Below, piece by piece: positions 25,101-45,892 of a DNA stretch of 64,000 nt. The first letter of the stretch is position 1, and every line of letters starts with the position of its first letter. Under the pieces are notes generated by a model, which was given only the letters and a program-made list of their open reading frames with translations, was not told the origin of the DNA and ran no database searches. The position numbers and the translations under genes are program-made. This stretch comes from Amoebidium appalachense (lineage: Eukaryota > Protista > Ichthyosporea): assembly GCA_963693365.1 (NCBI GenBank), contig CAVNZM010000003.1, forward strand, positions 8,303,312 through 8,367,311. Direction: 5' to 3'.

Positions 25101-25367
25101 CTACCGGTTTGCACTTCACTCTCACGTGTGGTGCGGCAAGTACAATAATGCCTCGGTTTTTCGCGTAACCGGGGTGTGTGGATGTGTCGACCAATGTAGA
25201 GTTGAATTTGTGGTGGTTTTTAAACTGTGTTTCGCAAATCACTGTAAACGTGTGGTTGTTTGTCTGTTGTTGTATGTAGCTGATTTTATCGTCGAGTGTC
25301 CCGGGGGGAGGCCCTTTTGGGGGCCCAGTGTCCGAGCATTCCAGAAGAAGAAGGATAAATTAGGCAT
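22174..25367 (-). CDS. LINE ORF2: apurinic-like endonuclease, reverse transcriptase and Cys/His-rich C-terminus; N-terminus interrupted by a 32-nt insert
   Basis: APE motifs: FFFWNARTL (from ATG 25367, out of frame), VICETQ, NRGIIVL, VILGDFN, SSDHSPI. RT motifs: KSCGPDGLP, FRPITL, QSAFRK, FIDWKTAYDSV, GLLQGSLLSPFLFNLFIDDL, LLYADDL, YKYLGV. Confidence 0.95.
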
Positions 25368-26442
25368 CGGTTTGGTCCGACACCTGTGGGGTTGGTTCCC
25401 ACTTGTCGCTTACGGGGTCGTATGCACGACCTTCCGCCAGCGCGAACAGTTCGCAGAAGAGCTCGATTTCCATCTCGCATCGGCGTTTGCGCTCGAGCAG
25501 TTTCTCACCAGAAAACATTGGTTCCTTCGTGTCCGTGTCTATCACGCTCGTAGCATCGTTTTCCAACTTTGCGAGGAACTCTTTTGCCTTGCTGATGCGT
25601 ACACGACAACGTGTGGCGCACGCATTCTTAGCAGACACTTTACGTTCTTTGTCTGCTTTCTGAATGTTTTCCGGCGCGCATGGGTCGTAGCTTGGGAGGT
25701 GGGTGAAGAAGCTTCCACACCCCTTTGTCGCGTCACGGATGAACGCACGGTTATAGTCGCCCCGTACTGCTACTTCCAGCACATCGTATCCAATGAAGGA
25801 CAGACAAAGGATGCGAGAGCACCGGAAGCCGAGAGCCTTGAAGATGGACCACATGGCCCTGTGTGGGCGTCTGCCGTGCTTGACTTTGAAATACACCCTC
25901 TCGTATTTGGGTGGGATGTTGATGTTACCGTTTGCTTGGGTGTTCCCCTTAGCCGGCGGTTTGGGAGGGGAGTTGCGGCGGTACTCGTTGCCTGCAAGAA
26001 TGCTGGCATATGTTTCCTTGGCAATTTGGCGGAGCTCGGGTGTTTTACGAGAGTTCGCATATTCTAGGAACTCTGCCGGGAGCTGTGCTTCCGGTCCTGT
26101 GTTGTTTTGTGTTGGGGTGGAAATGTCTCCGTCGCGAGATGTTTGCTCATGAGTTTTGGGGTTTTGCGATCCACTAATGTTTAGCTGGGCTGTGAGTGAA
26201 TCAATGGTGAGCTTGAGTTGGGTATTTTCTGTTTGGAGTTTTTCTATCATGTTCTTGAGTGGTAACAGCTCATTTAGCTGTTTCTTAACGAGGGCAAGTT
26301 CTGCCAGTACTGTATCAACCGAAAGTTTCGGCATGGTTGTTATTGTGTTTCTACGGAGTGGTGTGGTGTTATTCTGAATGGGTAGTGTATTGTAAATAGG
26401 TGTTGCGCTTAGTCTAAGGCGTATGTTTTTCTGGTTGTGCAT
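25360..26442 (-). CDS. LINE ORF1 (coiled-coil N-terminus and basic central domain); start may be the internal Met of MPKLSV
   Basis: 360-aa ORF directly upstream of ORF2, with a heptad-like segment (LAELALVKKQLNELLPLKNMIEKLQTENTQLKLTIDSLTAQL). The stop overlaps the putative ORF2 start (gATGccTAA). Confidence 0.85.
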   Translation of the reverse strand: MHNQKNIRLRLSATPIYNTLPIQNNTTPLRRNTITTMPKLSVDTVLAELALVKKQLNELLPLKNMIEKLQTENTQLKLTIDSLTAQLNISGSQNPKTHEQTSRDGDISTPTQNNTGPEAQLPAEFLEYANSRKTPELRQIAKETYASILAGNEYRRNSPPKPPAKGNTQANGNINIPPKYERVYFKVKHGRRPHRAMWSIFKALGFRCSRILCLSFIGYDVLEVAVRGDYNRAFIRDATKGCGSFFTHLPSYDPCAPENIQKADKERKVSAKNACATRCRVRISKAKEFLAKLENDATSVIDTDTKEPMFSGEKLLERKRRCEMEIELFCELFALAEGRAYDPVSDKWEPTPQVSDQTDA

Positions 26443-26622
26443 CTGTGGTAGGTGTATCTGCTGGACGTTTTAATGGTCGTCGCACATGTGTGATGGGTGT
26501 AGATGGAACTTTGAAAGAGGTTCTGAAACGATTATAGCCTCCCCAAAGCTTTGCTTTACTTGCAGTCGATCGCAGCTATAGCATGGTTTTGTAGCATGTT
26601 TTTTTTTAATTTTTTATATTTT

Positions 26623-26660
<38 letters not shown>

Positions 26661-26757
26661 TGGGCCTCTTATGATTATACATACTTTGTCGCTATATAGA
26701 CCTGAAAAGGTCCATCACAAAACTTACTCATTCTTCAAATCCGCCCCGTCCCCCCCT

Positions 26758-26791
<34 letters not shown>

Positions 26792-27375
26792 CTCGGGCAA
26801 AAAAAAAAAACAAAAAAAAACGCCCCTTTCCCTTAGGCCTTAAACCTCAAGTGCTTGAAATTTCTTCCATGCGTGCCCCCTATTTCCCCTTTTTCTCAAG
26901 CCTTGCCTGTCACTCCTAAGGCCTTCTATATACAAACCATGGGAGGAATTGGTCACTTCCCTCCCTACCAGATCGGATTCGTAAACGCGTGCTGGATGAC
27001 ATGTTGGTAACAAGCCACTGGTGCCAGATAGTTCTTGCCGGCTGACCACCCAGCATTAACAGGTGTACTATATAGAACTTTTGTTTTCTTCTTTTCATTT
27101 ATTTCTTTTTTCATGCTTTCTGTTTGAAGTTCACGTGTGTAACAAAACCGTGTGTGTATGTGTACGCTAGGGAGTGTGTGTTAACGTGCACGTGTCTGTT
27201 TGTCTGTCTGTCTCTCTCTCTCTTTCTTTCTCTCTGTGTGCTTGTGTGCGTGTCCGTGTGTGTATGTGTGTGTGTGTGTGTGTACACAGGTGGTGTGTGT
27301 GTGTGTGTGTGTGTGTGCGTCTGTGTGTGTGTGTGTGTGTACACAGGTGGTGTGTGTGTGTGTGTGTGTGTGTGC

Positions 27376-27414
<39 letters not shown>

Positions 27415-29283
27415 TGTGTGTGTGTGTGTCTGTGTGTGTGTGTTAACTTTTTTAATTATAGTGGCTTTTTAATATATAGTGGCTGCAGCGGCAGCGACGG
27501 CGGGGAGGTCGTTGGGGGGGGTGGGGGCGGGTTTGCTGGTGGCGTTGGGAGGCGGTAAGAGGGGGGAGGGGAGGGGGAGGGGGGGGGGGGGGGGTGTAGG
27601 TAAGTACCGCGATGGAGTGAGGCTATTCACATAGCCCCCCCCCCCCCCCCCCCCCCCCCCCTCCCTTCACCCCGCCCCCCTCCCCTTCCCCCCCCTGGGG
27701 GCCGCTCGAGCTCCCCCCCTGTTGATTGCATCTCTCACTCTCATTCACACTCTCTTTTCTCACACTCTGTCTCTCTCTCTCTCTCCCCCCCCCCCCCCCC
27801 CCCTCCCCCCCCCCCCCCCCCCTCTTAGTTCCCTATCCTCTCCCTCTCCCTCTCTCTCTCTTCCTTCCTCCCTCTCCCTTCCTCGCCCTCTCTCTACCTC
27901 TTTCTCTCTCACTTTCTGTCTCTGTCTGTCTGTCTCCCCCCGCCTAGCTCTCTCTTTTAGCCCCTGTTGGGCCATCGTTCATCTTGACACCCACCCGTAC
28001 ACCCACGCCAACGAACCCTTACGATTCCATCACCACCCGCGAAAGCTATGTGACACAACGGGCAAGAGCTTCTTGTCACAGGCACAAGACTAGTCGGGAA
28101 GAAACAAAATCATGGCAGCGGCTGTAGGTGCATGTCACCGAAGTGAAGCATAGACCTTTCAAACAAGAGAACCATGCACACACTCAAAATTTGCACGTAC
28201 CAGCCACCGAGCGCAAAGACTTCGACTCCAGCTTCAGCTGGCTGTGATAGAGGAAGAAAAGAGTCCCAGTGAAAAAAGCTGCCTGCGCAGCTGGGATTCA
28301 GGCTAGAATGACTGTATCGGAGCAGGCTCCCCGGTAGTGAGGGCACGGCTGGCACGAGCACATGCTCAAGTGATAAATGGAGATACACGGGAGCCCAAGG
28401 GCGATTTGACACACAGACACACACATGCACGCATGCGCGTGTGTGCGCACGCACGCACACACATATTTGCAGAGTATATCTGATGCATCATCTGATATAC
28501 ACGAACGTTCTTCCCAACGACTTGAACAAATCGCTCCAAACCATATCAATGATGGCTGTGTATATTCCCACAAGCTTGCTTTGTGCACTTATATATCACA
28601 GCAAAGATGTCGAAAACTCAATCACAACTTAAACTCACTGCTGTTGTCAACACCGAACACAATACCTCGTTCCACCTTGCCACAGACACAGACACACTTT
28701 ATATCCGAGCATATACGACTCGTGCAGGGTGCAGTATTACAGCTCTAGTTTTTTGTATTTCATGCACCTTTAATGACGGTTTGGTCAACATGGCATCATT
28801 GATAAGTGTTATTTTTGCCAGGGTGCATCGACAAGGGCAACCCAAGAAATCGAGCAATCAAGCGAGTTTTGACCCTTCGAGGCCTGTTTAATTAACCATG
28901 AAGTACCAAGCAGCAATACCTAAAATAAAGTGCCCTCACGTTGCGGACTTAAGTTAGGACTAAAGAAAAAGTGCGCTGGCTTGGAAATGAAAAATGTGCT
29001 TGCAATCTTACAGCTCAACGGAAGCCTTATGTCCCTTGTAGCATAAAAAGTCAGTCCTGAGGCTGCCAGCCCATTTACAACGACGAGAATATTGAAGAAG
29101 TTAAGACAAAAATGTACACAGGTAAAAAAGAAAACGGGAAATTTACAAGTGTTGTCGGGAATACTTGCTTTGGTTCATGCAGCCATGTCTCGACGGCAAC
29201 CAAGGCAGTCGCTTGCCTATTCGTGTGGTAGTTTTATTTCTCTCACATACGTGCATATTTTCGTAACTTCACTGTCAACCACC

Positions 29284-29991
29284 TTAGTAAACGGAAATCG
29301 TGGGTTGCTTGGTTGTAGACTTTGCTTGCCGCCCCAAGTCACCCAATCTTGGCGACTGTGGTGTCTGCTGTATAACATGGATGCAAGCAACAAAATTCTG
29401 TCCGTTGTTATTCTCCCACGAAAATAAACCCGTTCCATCGTGACAGCAAACGGCAAACTCGAGCGTTGTTTCGTCCCCAACATCTGCATTCCTTGAGTCC
29501 ATTCTGCCTTGAACGGTTTCAATGGTGAAGAAAAAAAAGTTCGCATCTGGATCATCTGCCACGTGTGTACTTTGAACATCCTTGTACGTGCGCCAACCGT
29601 CAAGAGAAAAACGGACGAACACACCAGAGGGAGCACCATACGACGTTTTGGAGATTCTTATCGTGCCCCGAAACACCCCTGTTCGCGACTCCACCGACAC
29701 CGACGCCAGCTCGATGGGTCGAGCAATAAGGATGTGGTTTCCCTCCGACCGGCGTCTTTGAAGAGTGAGAAAGTTACAACGGGTCAAAACTCTGGAAGTG
29801 CCGTTAACGGTAGAAGAGTTCAGCGTGCGGGAAAGGAGGGGTGATGAATATGCGCTCGATGCCTTTTTCGCACGTTCTGCTGCCGAGCTCATGCGTGCTT
29901 GCGACGTCCACGCAGCCCTAGGAGCAGGGCTGGACACATATGACGGCAGCCTGCTACCACTGCTTCGGAAAGCACCCCTAAAAGACTCCAT
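29284..29991 (-). CDS. Intronless CBM21 (glycogen/starch-binding) domain protein, related to PP1 glycogen-targeting subunits
   Basis: IELASVSV...FRGTIRISKTSY...VFVRFSLDGWRTY...LEFAVCC...SWENNNGQNF matches the CBM21 signatures (V.VR.T.D.W, EFA, WDNN.G.NY). Confidence 0.8.
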   Translation of the reverse strand: MESFRGAFRSSGSRLPSYVSSPAPRAAWTSQARMSSAAERAKKASSAYSSPLLSRTLNSSTVNGTSRVLTRCNFLTLQRRRSEGNHILIARPIELASVSVESRTGVFRGTIRISKTSYGAPSGVFVRFSLDGWRTYKDVQSTHVADDPDANFFFFTIETVQGRMDSRNADVGDETTLEFAVCCHDGTGLFSWENNNGQNFVACIHVIQQTPQSPRLGDLGRQAKSTTKQPTISVY

Positions 29992-31533
29992 GTTTTCTTT
30001 TTTTTATGCCTGTTGTGTTTCCAGTGAAAAAGCCGCCTCTGTGCTGCCTTGTATTGGGTCTATAAAGAACACATCTCACTGCAGCTGTGTCGTCCAAGAA
30101 ATCTAAGCTGATTCTTGAATAGACTCTCGCCTTTCTTTGTCTTATTTTTGCAGCCCAAATTAAATCATCACTTCACAGAACCTCAATCAACTCGTGCTTT
30201 TCTACCTAAACGTTTGTAACATGGCTGCACTGATACAAGAGCCCATATTGGATTCAATCGCAGAAACATTTGATTTCTGAGCCGATAGCTGCAGACTGCT
30301 TTCAGTTCAGGGCCTTGCCCAGTTTGTTCAGAGCTTGCAACAGCAATTCCGGGTACGTGATAAGGCAAACGTCTTAACCAATGTCCTGCTTACCAGAAAG
30401 CGCGGCAAATATTCTTAGATTAGACTGCTTGACTTAGGCCTCTCGCTTTCTTTCATATTATGGGCAATACACAAATCAAGGCTATTCTGCTAATGACCAC
30501 CTACAATATATAGAACTACTAAGCATTACTTGCTATACTTGACTTATCAGGCTACAAATAAAAGCGCTTCATAATTCTAACCACTTTTACCCACCACCTG
30601 CATACCGCAAATAATTGGCTTGGGGTTAACCTTATTCTTATTGGTTGACGCGTCTTGTTGCGGGGCGGGTATGGCCAATGCTCTTTGCGGTCGTGCCGCG
30701 GGAAATAGGTAGCCACAGAGCAGAACAGACATGCAAGGTAAGGGAAGAATTATTGTGTTCGTCTTTCCAATAAGCGTGGCAACAGATATATATTCTGTTT
30801 TCTAATCAGTTCTTTAAGTGTGCACATGCTACTCTGTTCTCCCAGCCTGGGCTGTATTATCTATTCGGCATTTTGGATGAATGATTCTCTTTGGGGTAAT
30901 AAGAGAATTGTATGCAGCGTATCATATTTTACCATTAGCTTATCTTTTAAAAACAAACACCTTTGAATATTAAAAGTAATATTTCATTCGCTATACTTTG
31001 AACGGCCCTGTTTATCAGGGTACACATTTGTCCAACTTCATTCCATTGCGCTTTCAATCTAGGCGGCCGCGTAGGGATTGGTCAGTCACGCACTCAACCA
31101 TGAGTCATCCCGCCCAAACAAATTTCACATCTCCCGCACCTTGCCCAATGAATGGTTCTGGTTAGATATATTCGTATACGCCTGTGCGGAGTCCAAACCC
31201 ACCCATGCACCATCTTGCTCACTTCCTTACATGCTAGCTATGTCTTTATAGTCTACGACAGTATTCACTAGCAGCACATTCATAATTTTATGTGCAATCT
31301 GCTATAAAATAATAAAAATTTACATTATAAAGGCTGTGGCCGAGGCATTTGAACCTCGCATCCGACGCGGTGATTTTACCAGCTCCTACATATATCTAAA
31401 GTAAGTCATATCTCGTTAAGGGTTTTCTTGGAAATTCCTTTTGCCGTTTGCACGGTTTCAGGTTTCATGCGTCACCGAGTGGCACATTGCTAACAGGCTC
31501 TTTTAGGGTCTTGTGCACACAGGCTGAGTACGT

Positions 31534-31612
31534 CACTGGAAGCGCTGCCATCTAGAAACACGGTACGGCCATCTAGAAACACCGTGTTTCTAGATGGCCG
31601 TGCACTGGAAGC
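31534..31612. repeat. 59-bp foldback insert flanked by 10-bp direct repeats
   Basis: CACTGGAAGC at 31534-31543 and 31603-31612. Inside is a perfect 18-bp inverted repeat (31565-31582 / 31584-31601) plus a third direct copy of GCCATCTAGAAACAC. Confidence 0.8.
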
Positions 31613-32647
31613 TACAAGCTTCTTCAAAAATAAAAAGAGTTCATAGAGCTTTCTTAAGTACACAAATGAAGGCTTTGTATACAGTGTGTTTTTCCTAGGT
31701 TTTTGGCTTGGAGGGCAAAAGCGAATCCAGGATCAACTTGCCACCTGAATTAAGTCCCATTTTGTGAAAGAGCATGTGCACACTTCCCCGATCATATGTA
31801 GGACCTTGCTAGGGCTTGAGCAGTTTTTCATGTTACTTCGGTTATCCTCGTTGGGGTTTTCTTTTAGTACACGGTATGTTGTAGTGGTTTAGGTTTGCTC
31901 AGCCATAACTTCCAGTTGTTGCATGCATTGCCAGTATGACCGCGGCTGTTGATCAATGAAGTGGCGGTGTAGAAACGATGCAGCATGGCCAAGGACTGAT
32001 TTTGTATTGACACAATTGTAAAGTTCCGTCAAGAAATGCAAAACTGTAAAATATGGTAAGCACTAAAATAAAACTGTGCAAACCTTTGCTAAACCACTAG
32101 CCTGTCCAGGCATGTGCAACTAACGTGCTAACTCGCGTACGAGGTCACGGCGGAGCTGATTCAAACCAGGACCTGCTCAGTATATACCGGTCGTTAAACT
32201 GCATGTGCATGCATCAGTAGCATGAGTGGAGACTGCAATAACTCTGCAGCATGCAGGTTTAGTCATTCACTCGTTGTCACAACTTTCAATAAAACGTAAA
32301 ACATGCAAACGGAAGGGTTGGGGGGCGCCGCGTCTAGCCATGGCACAGTCCATTTTGTACTGTTAGAACGGTTAGATCACTCAATTAGGGTTTCGATGGC
32401 GTTGTTGTGGGCGGCCGGATGATTGCACTCAATCTTTCAACATGTCAACGGCAGAAGAAGACCTCGGTCGGTTAGTCTGATTGAGCACACTAGCTGCTGA
32501 TTTTCTCGGGGAATTCGGAAACCAGGATAAAACATTTTTGATTGGAGTCAAGGAATGGGTGGTGGCGGTGGCGGCCTTGCCGTGCTGGTGGTGGTGGTGG
32601 TGGTGGTGGTGGTGGTGGTGGCGTGTGTGTGTGTGGGGTGTGTGTGT

Positions 32648-32678
<31 letters not shown>

Positions 32679-32837
32679 GGGGGGGGGGGTTGGAGAAGGG
32701 AGCAGCAGGGGACTCATATGGCTGCCCTTTCCTGTCAAGAGGGAAGAGGGGTGGGGTTGGGGGGTGATTTGGGCTTTGAGGGGCGAGGGGGGGGAGGGGG
32801 AGGGGGCCGGGCATATGGGGGGGGGGGGGGGGGGGGG

Positions 32838-32872
<35 letters not shown>

Positions 32873-33043
32873 GGGGGCGGCACAGAAACGATCCGACATA
32901 TGCGCATGCATCCAGCCAATATCATCGGTCAGGGCTGCTGAGTTTCCCAGCACCAGGGCGCTACCCAAATGATGGCATGCCCGTACAGGGGATGACTAAG
33001 TAAGATAATATGAAATTAAGATAAATAGCGCTACTCTATTTCC

Positions 33044-33095
<52 letters not shown>

Positions 33096-33169
33096 AAAAA
33101 AAAAAAAAAAAGTAATAGACCCTACCAGCCCTAGCCGGATTTTTTTTACATGCCCTGCTGTCTCCCCCC

Positions 33170-33216
<47 letters not shown>

Positions 33217-33596
33217 CACACACACACACACAACAAGGAAAACTAAGAACATGATGCTACCAATGGCCCCCGAAATTTTTAAGATAAACAGACTCTATTT
33301 TCAAAGTATCTATACTCAGTCACCCAGTCACCCAGTCACCCAGTCACCCCCGTGTACCACGGCCGTAGCATGCATATGTGAATGGATGCCCAATACCTTT
33401 AAATTTCTGAGACTCCCTTCTATTTGTAACACGGCACATGCTGGCAGCTGGCATACGTATACGATCTCTGGCCGCCGTGCACGTTTCTCAAAATTTTGCG
33501 CTATGTTTAGCGCTCATGGTTAAATTGGCAGCTACTGCATGATCATGGATCATCAGATACATGCCCCCCCCCCCTCCCCCCCCCTCCTCCTCCTCC

Positions 33597-33629
<33 letters not shown>

Positions 33630-34120
33630 CCGGGGGCCCTCCCGCCTGAACGTTCCCTGCCCGCCCGTCCACCCAACCCACTCCGAGCCGTTCTCCCACC
33701 CTCTCCACACGGGGAAAAAAAACCAACCCATCCCATAACACCTACCGCTTCCGTAATCCACACATCAACACCATACCGCATTAGGGACACACCCGATGCA
33801 TCGGAAAACTTGGCACCATGTTGGGTTGGGACACAGCATGAACTATACTAGACCTGCAGCATAGCTATGCTGACCAAAAGCAAACAATGTACTTCTAGCT
33901 GTTGGCCGTTATCCTCCCCCCCCCCCCCCCCCCCCCCCCTTCCCCGTGACCCACCCACCCACCACCACCACCACCACCACCAAACACACATACACACACA
34001 GACAGATATAAAAACGGGGAAAAAAAAAATCATGGGCACATCTGAAACCTCACAAATGTCTCTCGCCGTCATCCGCTACTGCTTTAGAAATAGAGTGGCC
34101 ATGCATGAACAACTTTAAAA

Positions 34121-34252
34121 CGTTCGAGATATATCCGACAGATAATGATGTTTGAGATGTATCCGATAGATAATGCAACGGTTCGAGATATATCCGATAG
34201 ACAATTATGTTCGAGATATATTTAACAGTTATGTTCGAGATATATCCGACAG
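34121..34252. repeat. Five-copy ~24-31-bp tandem repeat with core GTTCGAGATATATCCGA
   Basis: The core recurs at ~34122, 34149, 34181, 34210 and 34233 with variable short spacers. Confidence 0.8.
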
Positions 34253-34858
34253 CCATCAAAATTGATCATGATGACTTTCAGCACACTGTCAGCCAAATTT
34301 ATCACTGAATTTTGTGATTTTTTCCCGGATGTTTTTTTTCTTTTCAAATTTATACAACCGATATTGCGTTAAGCATGCACGGCATACTTAGGAGGCAATA
34401 AAGAAAAGGGCTTCATGAGTTATCCAGCAGCCCGGAAGTTTGTCCATTGGCAATCAAATATCAAAGGGGCACAAAGGTATCTGGTGGTGAAATTTCACGC
34501 CAAATGCAAACGCCAAATAATTGCTACATTTTCAAATTTACTGTTGCACCGCCAAAATGCGGGATCATGATTTGAACAAGGTTTCTATCAATCATACAAT
34601 TGCATGGTTAGCCTGCAACCTAACCAAAAATGTACCAAACTAAGTTATTAACGCAAGAGAAAGAGGGTTTCGAATTGTTGAGTCTTAATCTAACTAATTT
34701 AATTTGGAGATTACATGTCAGGTCTGGCCTGTCCATACTCATAAGAATCAGATATATCTTTTGAGTTATCCAAACTGTTGTGGAAAAGTTTCGCAAGGAG
34801 GCTGGGATTTGCCCATTCATTCGTTTTTTGAGGCACACGTGCACCACCATCTTCGAAT

Positions 34859-34892
<34 letters not shown>

Positions 34893-35484
34893 TTCCCTCC
34901 CTGCCACGTGGGGAATAAAAAAGAAAGAAAGAAAGAAAAAAAGAAAGAAAGAAAGGAAGAAAAGGAAAGGAGAAGGAAGACGTGGGGAATAAAAAAGAAA
35001 GAAAGAAAGAAAGAAAGAAAGAAAAGGAAAGGAAAAGGGAGTAAGAAAAGCAGCCCTATCCTCAGTATATCTGTGCAGGATCTCTGCCCCGGTACCTAAC
35101 GCAATCATCATGACGTCAGCATCCTAAATATAGTGTTTTTCAGCATGTTAAATGATTTTAGTTCTATCACTGAGCAGGTCCAACTATTTCATGTAGTGCG
35201 CCAAATTTGCGTACATGTTGAGGTGGGATATCCAATCACATTAACGGATGTGTTGCTAAATATGGTTAAGGATTGCCACTGGAGATCTGTGCCAAACCAT
35301 TTGCTTTTGTCAACAAAAGGGATTTGATGGAATTTTCGAAGGTCGATATCACATCCCGCTTGCGTTGATTTGACTGGTGGATTTGCTCCAAAAATTGCGT
35401 GCGTGTGAGTGCCCCTGCACAAAGTTTGGCTGTGTGTGTGTGTGTGTGTGTGTGTCTGTGTGTGTTCCTGTGTGTGTGTGTGTT

Positions 35485-35598
<114 letters not shown>

Positions 35599-35887
35599 CA
35601 CGGGTGCGCGCATGTGTGAGTGTGCATGGATAAGAAAGAAATAACCTGTCAGTGAGTGAGCGACAAAGTAAGTGGAGGAGAGGGCAGGCGGAAGCCGGGG
35701 GGGCATGTGGAGGGGGGGGAGGGGTATGTATACCAGAAAGGTTAAGAAATTTCACAACCAGGAATGACAAAGATGATAGAAACAAAACATCAAAAACAAG
35801 GGCAAGAGATGATTGAACAGAACCACTTATCAGGTGCCTTTGCTTGTGGTGGGGGTGGTGGTGGTGGTGGTGTGTGTGTGTGTGGGG

Positions 35888-35927
<40 letters not shown>

Positions 35928-36067
35928 GGAGAGGGGGGAGGGGGGGAGGGGGAGATAGAATGTGATAGAACACGAATAACACAATCACGATGGACACAAC
36001 GAAGACTTCAGAAGAGTGGGCGGGTGGGTGGGTGGGTGGGTGGGTAGGTGTGGAAGGAAGGGGAGGG

Positions 36068-36101
<34 letters not shown>

Positions 36102-36238
36102 GGGGGGCGGGGGGAGGGGCAAGACAACGAGTATGCAATTTAATTAGAGCCCATCATCAGAGAAAATCAGAGAAAGCCATAACTATCCACGATAACAAAG
36201 TTTTGACTCATTCACCTCGCAGGGATGGGTGTGTGTGT

Positions 36239-36314
<76 letters not shown>

Positions 36315-36349
36315 AAAGGGGGGATTGGGGAGGAGGAGGAGAGAGAGAG

Positions 36350-44937
<8,588 letters not shown>

Positions 44938-45761
44938 TTATGCGTGCCAACCCTGTGAGAGTTGTCACGTTCGTGTTGTCGTTGGACTGCCCAGCGCTCT
45001 CAGAGTGAAAAAAGAGAATTGGCAAGGGACAATGGGAAGACAGAAGTCAAAAGAACACCCGCAAAGAAGGCTGGATGGAATATTTACAGACAACCCAAAA
45101 AAATGAGTTAGATGCTGTGAGCATCAATGTGGATGAAAGTTGAAACAAAAAGTGCGTCCAGCATAACTGCTGATGGTTATTTGGGGAAAAAACAAGAATG
45201 AATCAACATTCCCCTGGCGGCCCAGCTGTCAACGGCATCCTTGCGTATAAAGCCAAACACACAGTCGTCTATGCGTATGCCAAGGACGTTATTGTGGTCT
45301 GTAAATACATAACATCCCTCGTTCGTTACATGTACAAATTATTTCCTTGTTTGTTGTTTGCTTACGGTGTGCTTAAATGACTATGTTTTGAAAGGGGAGT
45401 GTTACTGATTTTAAGGAAAGGAACGCAAGTCATTATAATCCCCGGAAAAAGCATGACGTAATCGATTTGATTGGATAATATGTACTCTCGGCCCGGGAGT
45501 AATAATGAGAAGCAGATTCCTCCTGCATTCTTGGAGCCACCGTCGGGTACAGTAGCTCCAAAGTATTTTTGAGTGTTTATATCAATTCGATATCGAATTT
45601 GCATGTAAACACGAGGCAAACACGCCCGTGACACTAATATTCACAAATACATGCATATACACATCAGGCTGTGAAAACTGTTTTGACCAGGGGCATTTCG
45701 GGCCTACGGCCCGAAGCCCGATGACCCTAACCGTGCCACACGCCACGGGGGGTATATTTTT

Positions 45762-45797
<36 letters not shown>

Positions 45798-45892
45798 TAC
45801 GTGTGTACGTCGTATACTTGTGTACGTGTGTGTCTACTGCCAATGTGTGTGCGTGTGTGTGCGTACGCGTACGTGTGCACTGTGGTACACAT

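Larger units (their letters stand above)
21817..26442 (-). mobile_element. Non-LTR retrotransposon (LINE; ORF1 plus APE-RT ORF2), near full length, 5' boundary undefined
   Basis: Two tandem minus-strand ORFs with no spliceosomal introns. The 3' boundary is set by identity with the second copy (45893 onwards), which extends ~195 nt beyond the A-tract at 22014-22063. Confidence 0.92.

Noticed and set aside
25006-26067. 353-aa plus-strand ORF antisense to LINE ORF1
   Set aside because: It is a codon-aligned shadow of ORF1/ORF2 with a GTG start and no recognisable motifs.
31337-31390. tRNA-like T-arm on the minus strand (CGAGG-TTCAAATG-CCTCG) with a weak A-box
   Set aside because: The loop is 8 nt and there is no anticodon arm or acceptor stem. 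At best a degenerate tRNA/SINE fragment.
34121-34252. CRISPR-like repeat/spacer look
   Set aside because: The spacers are only ~7-14 nt and similar to one another, the context is eukaryotic, and there are no cas genes.
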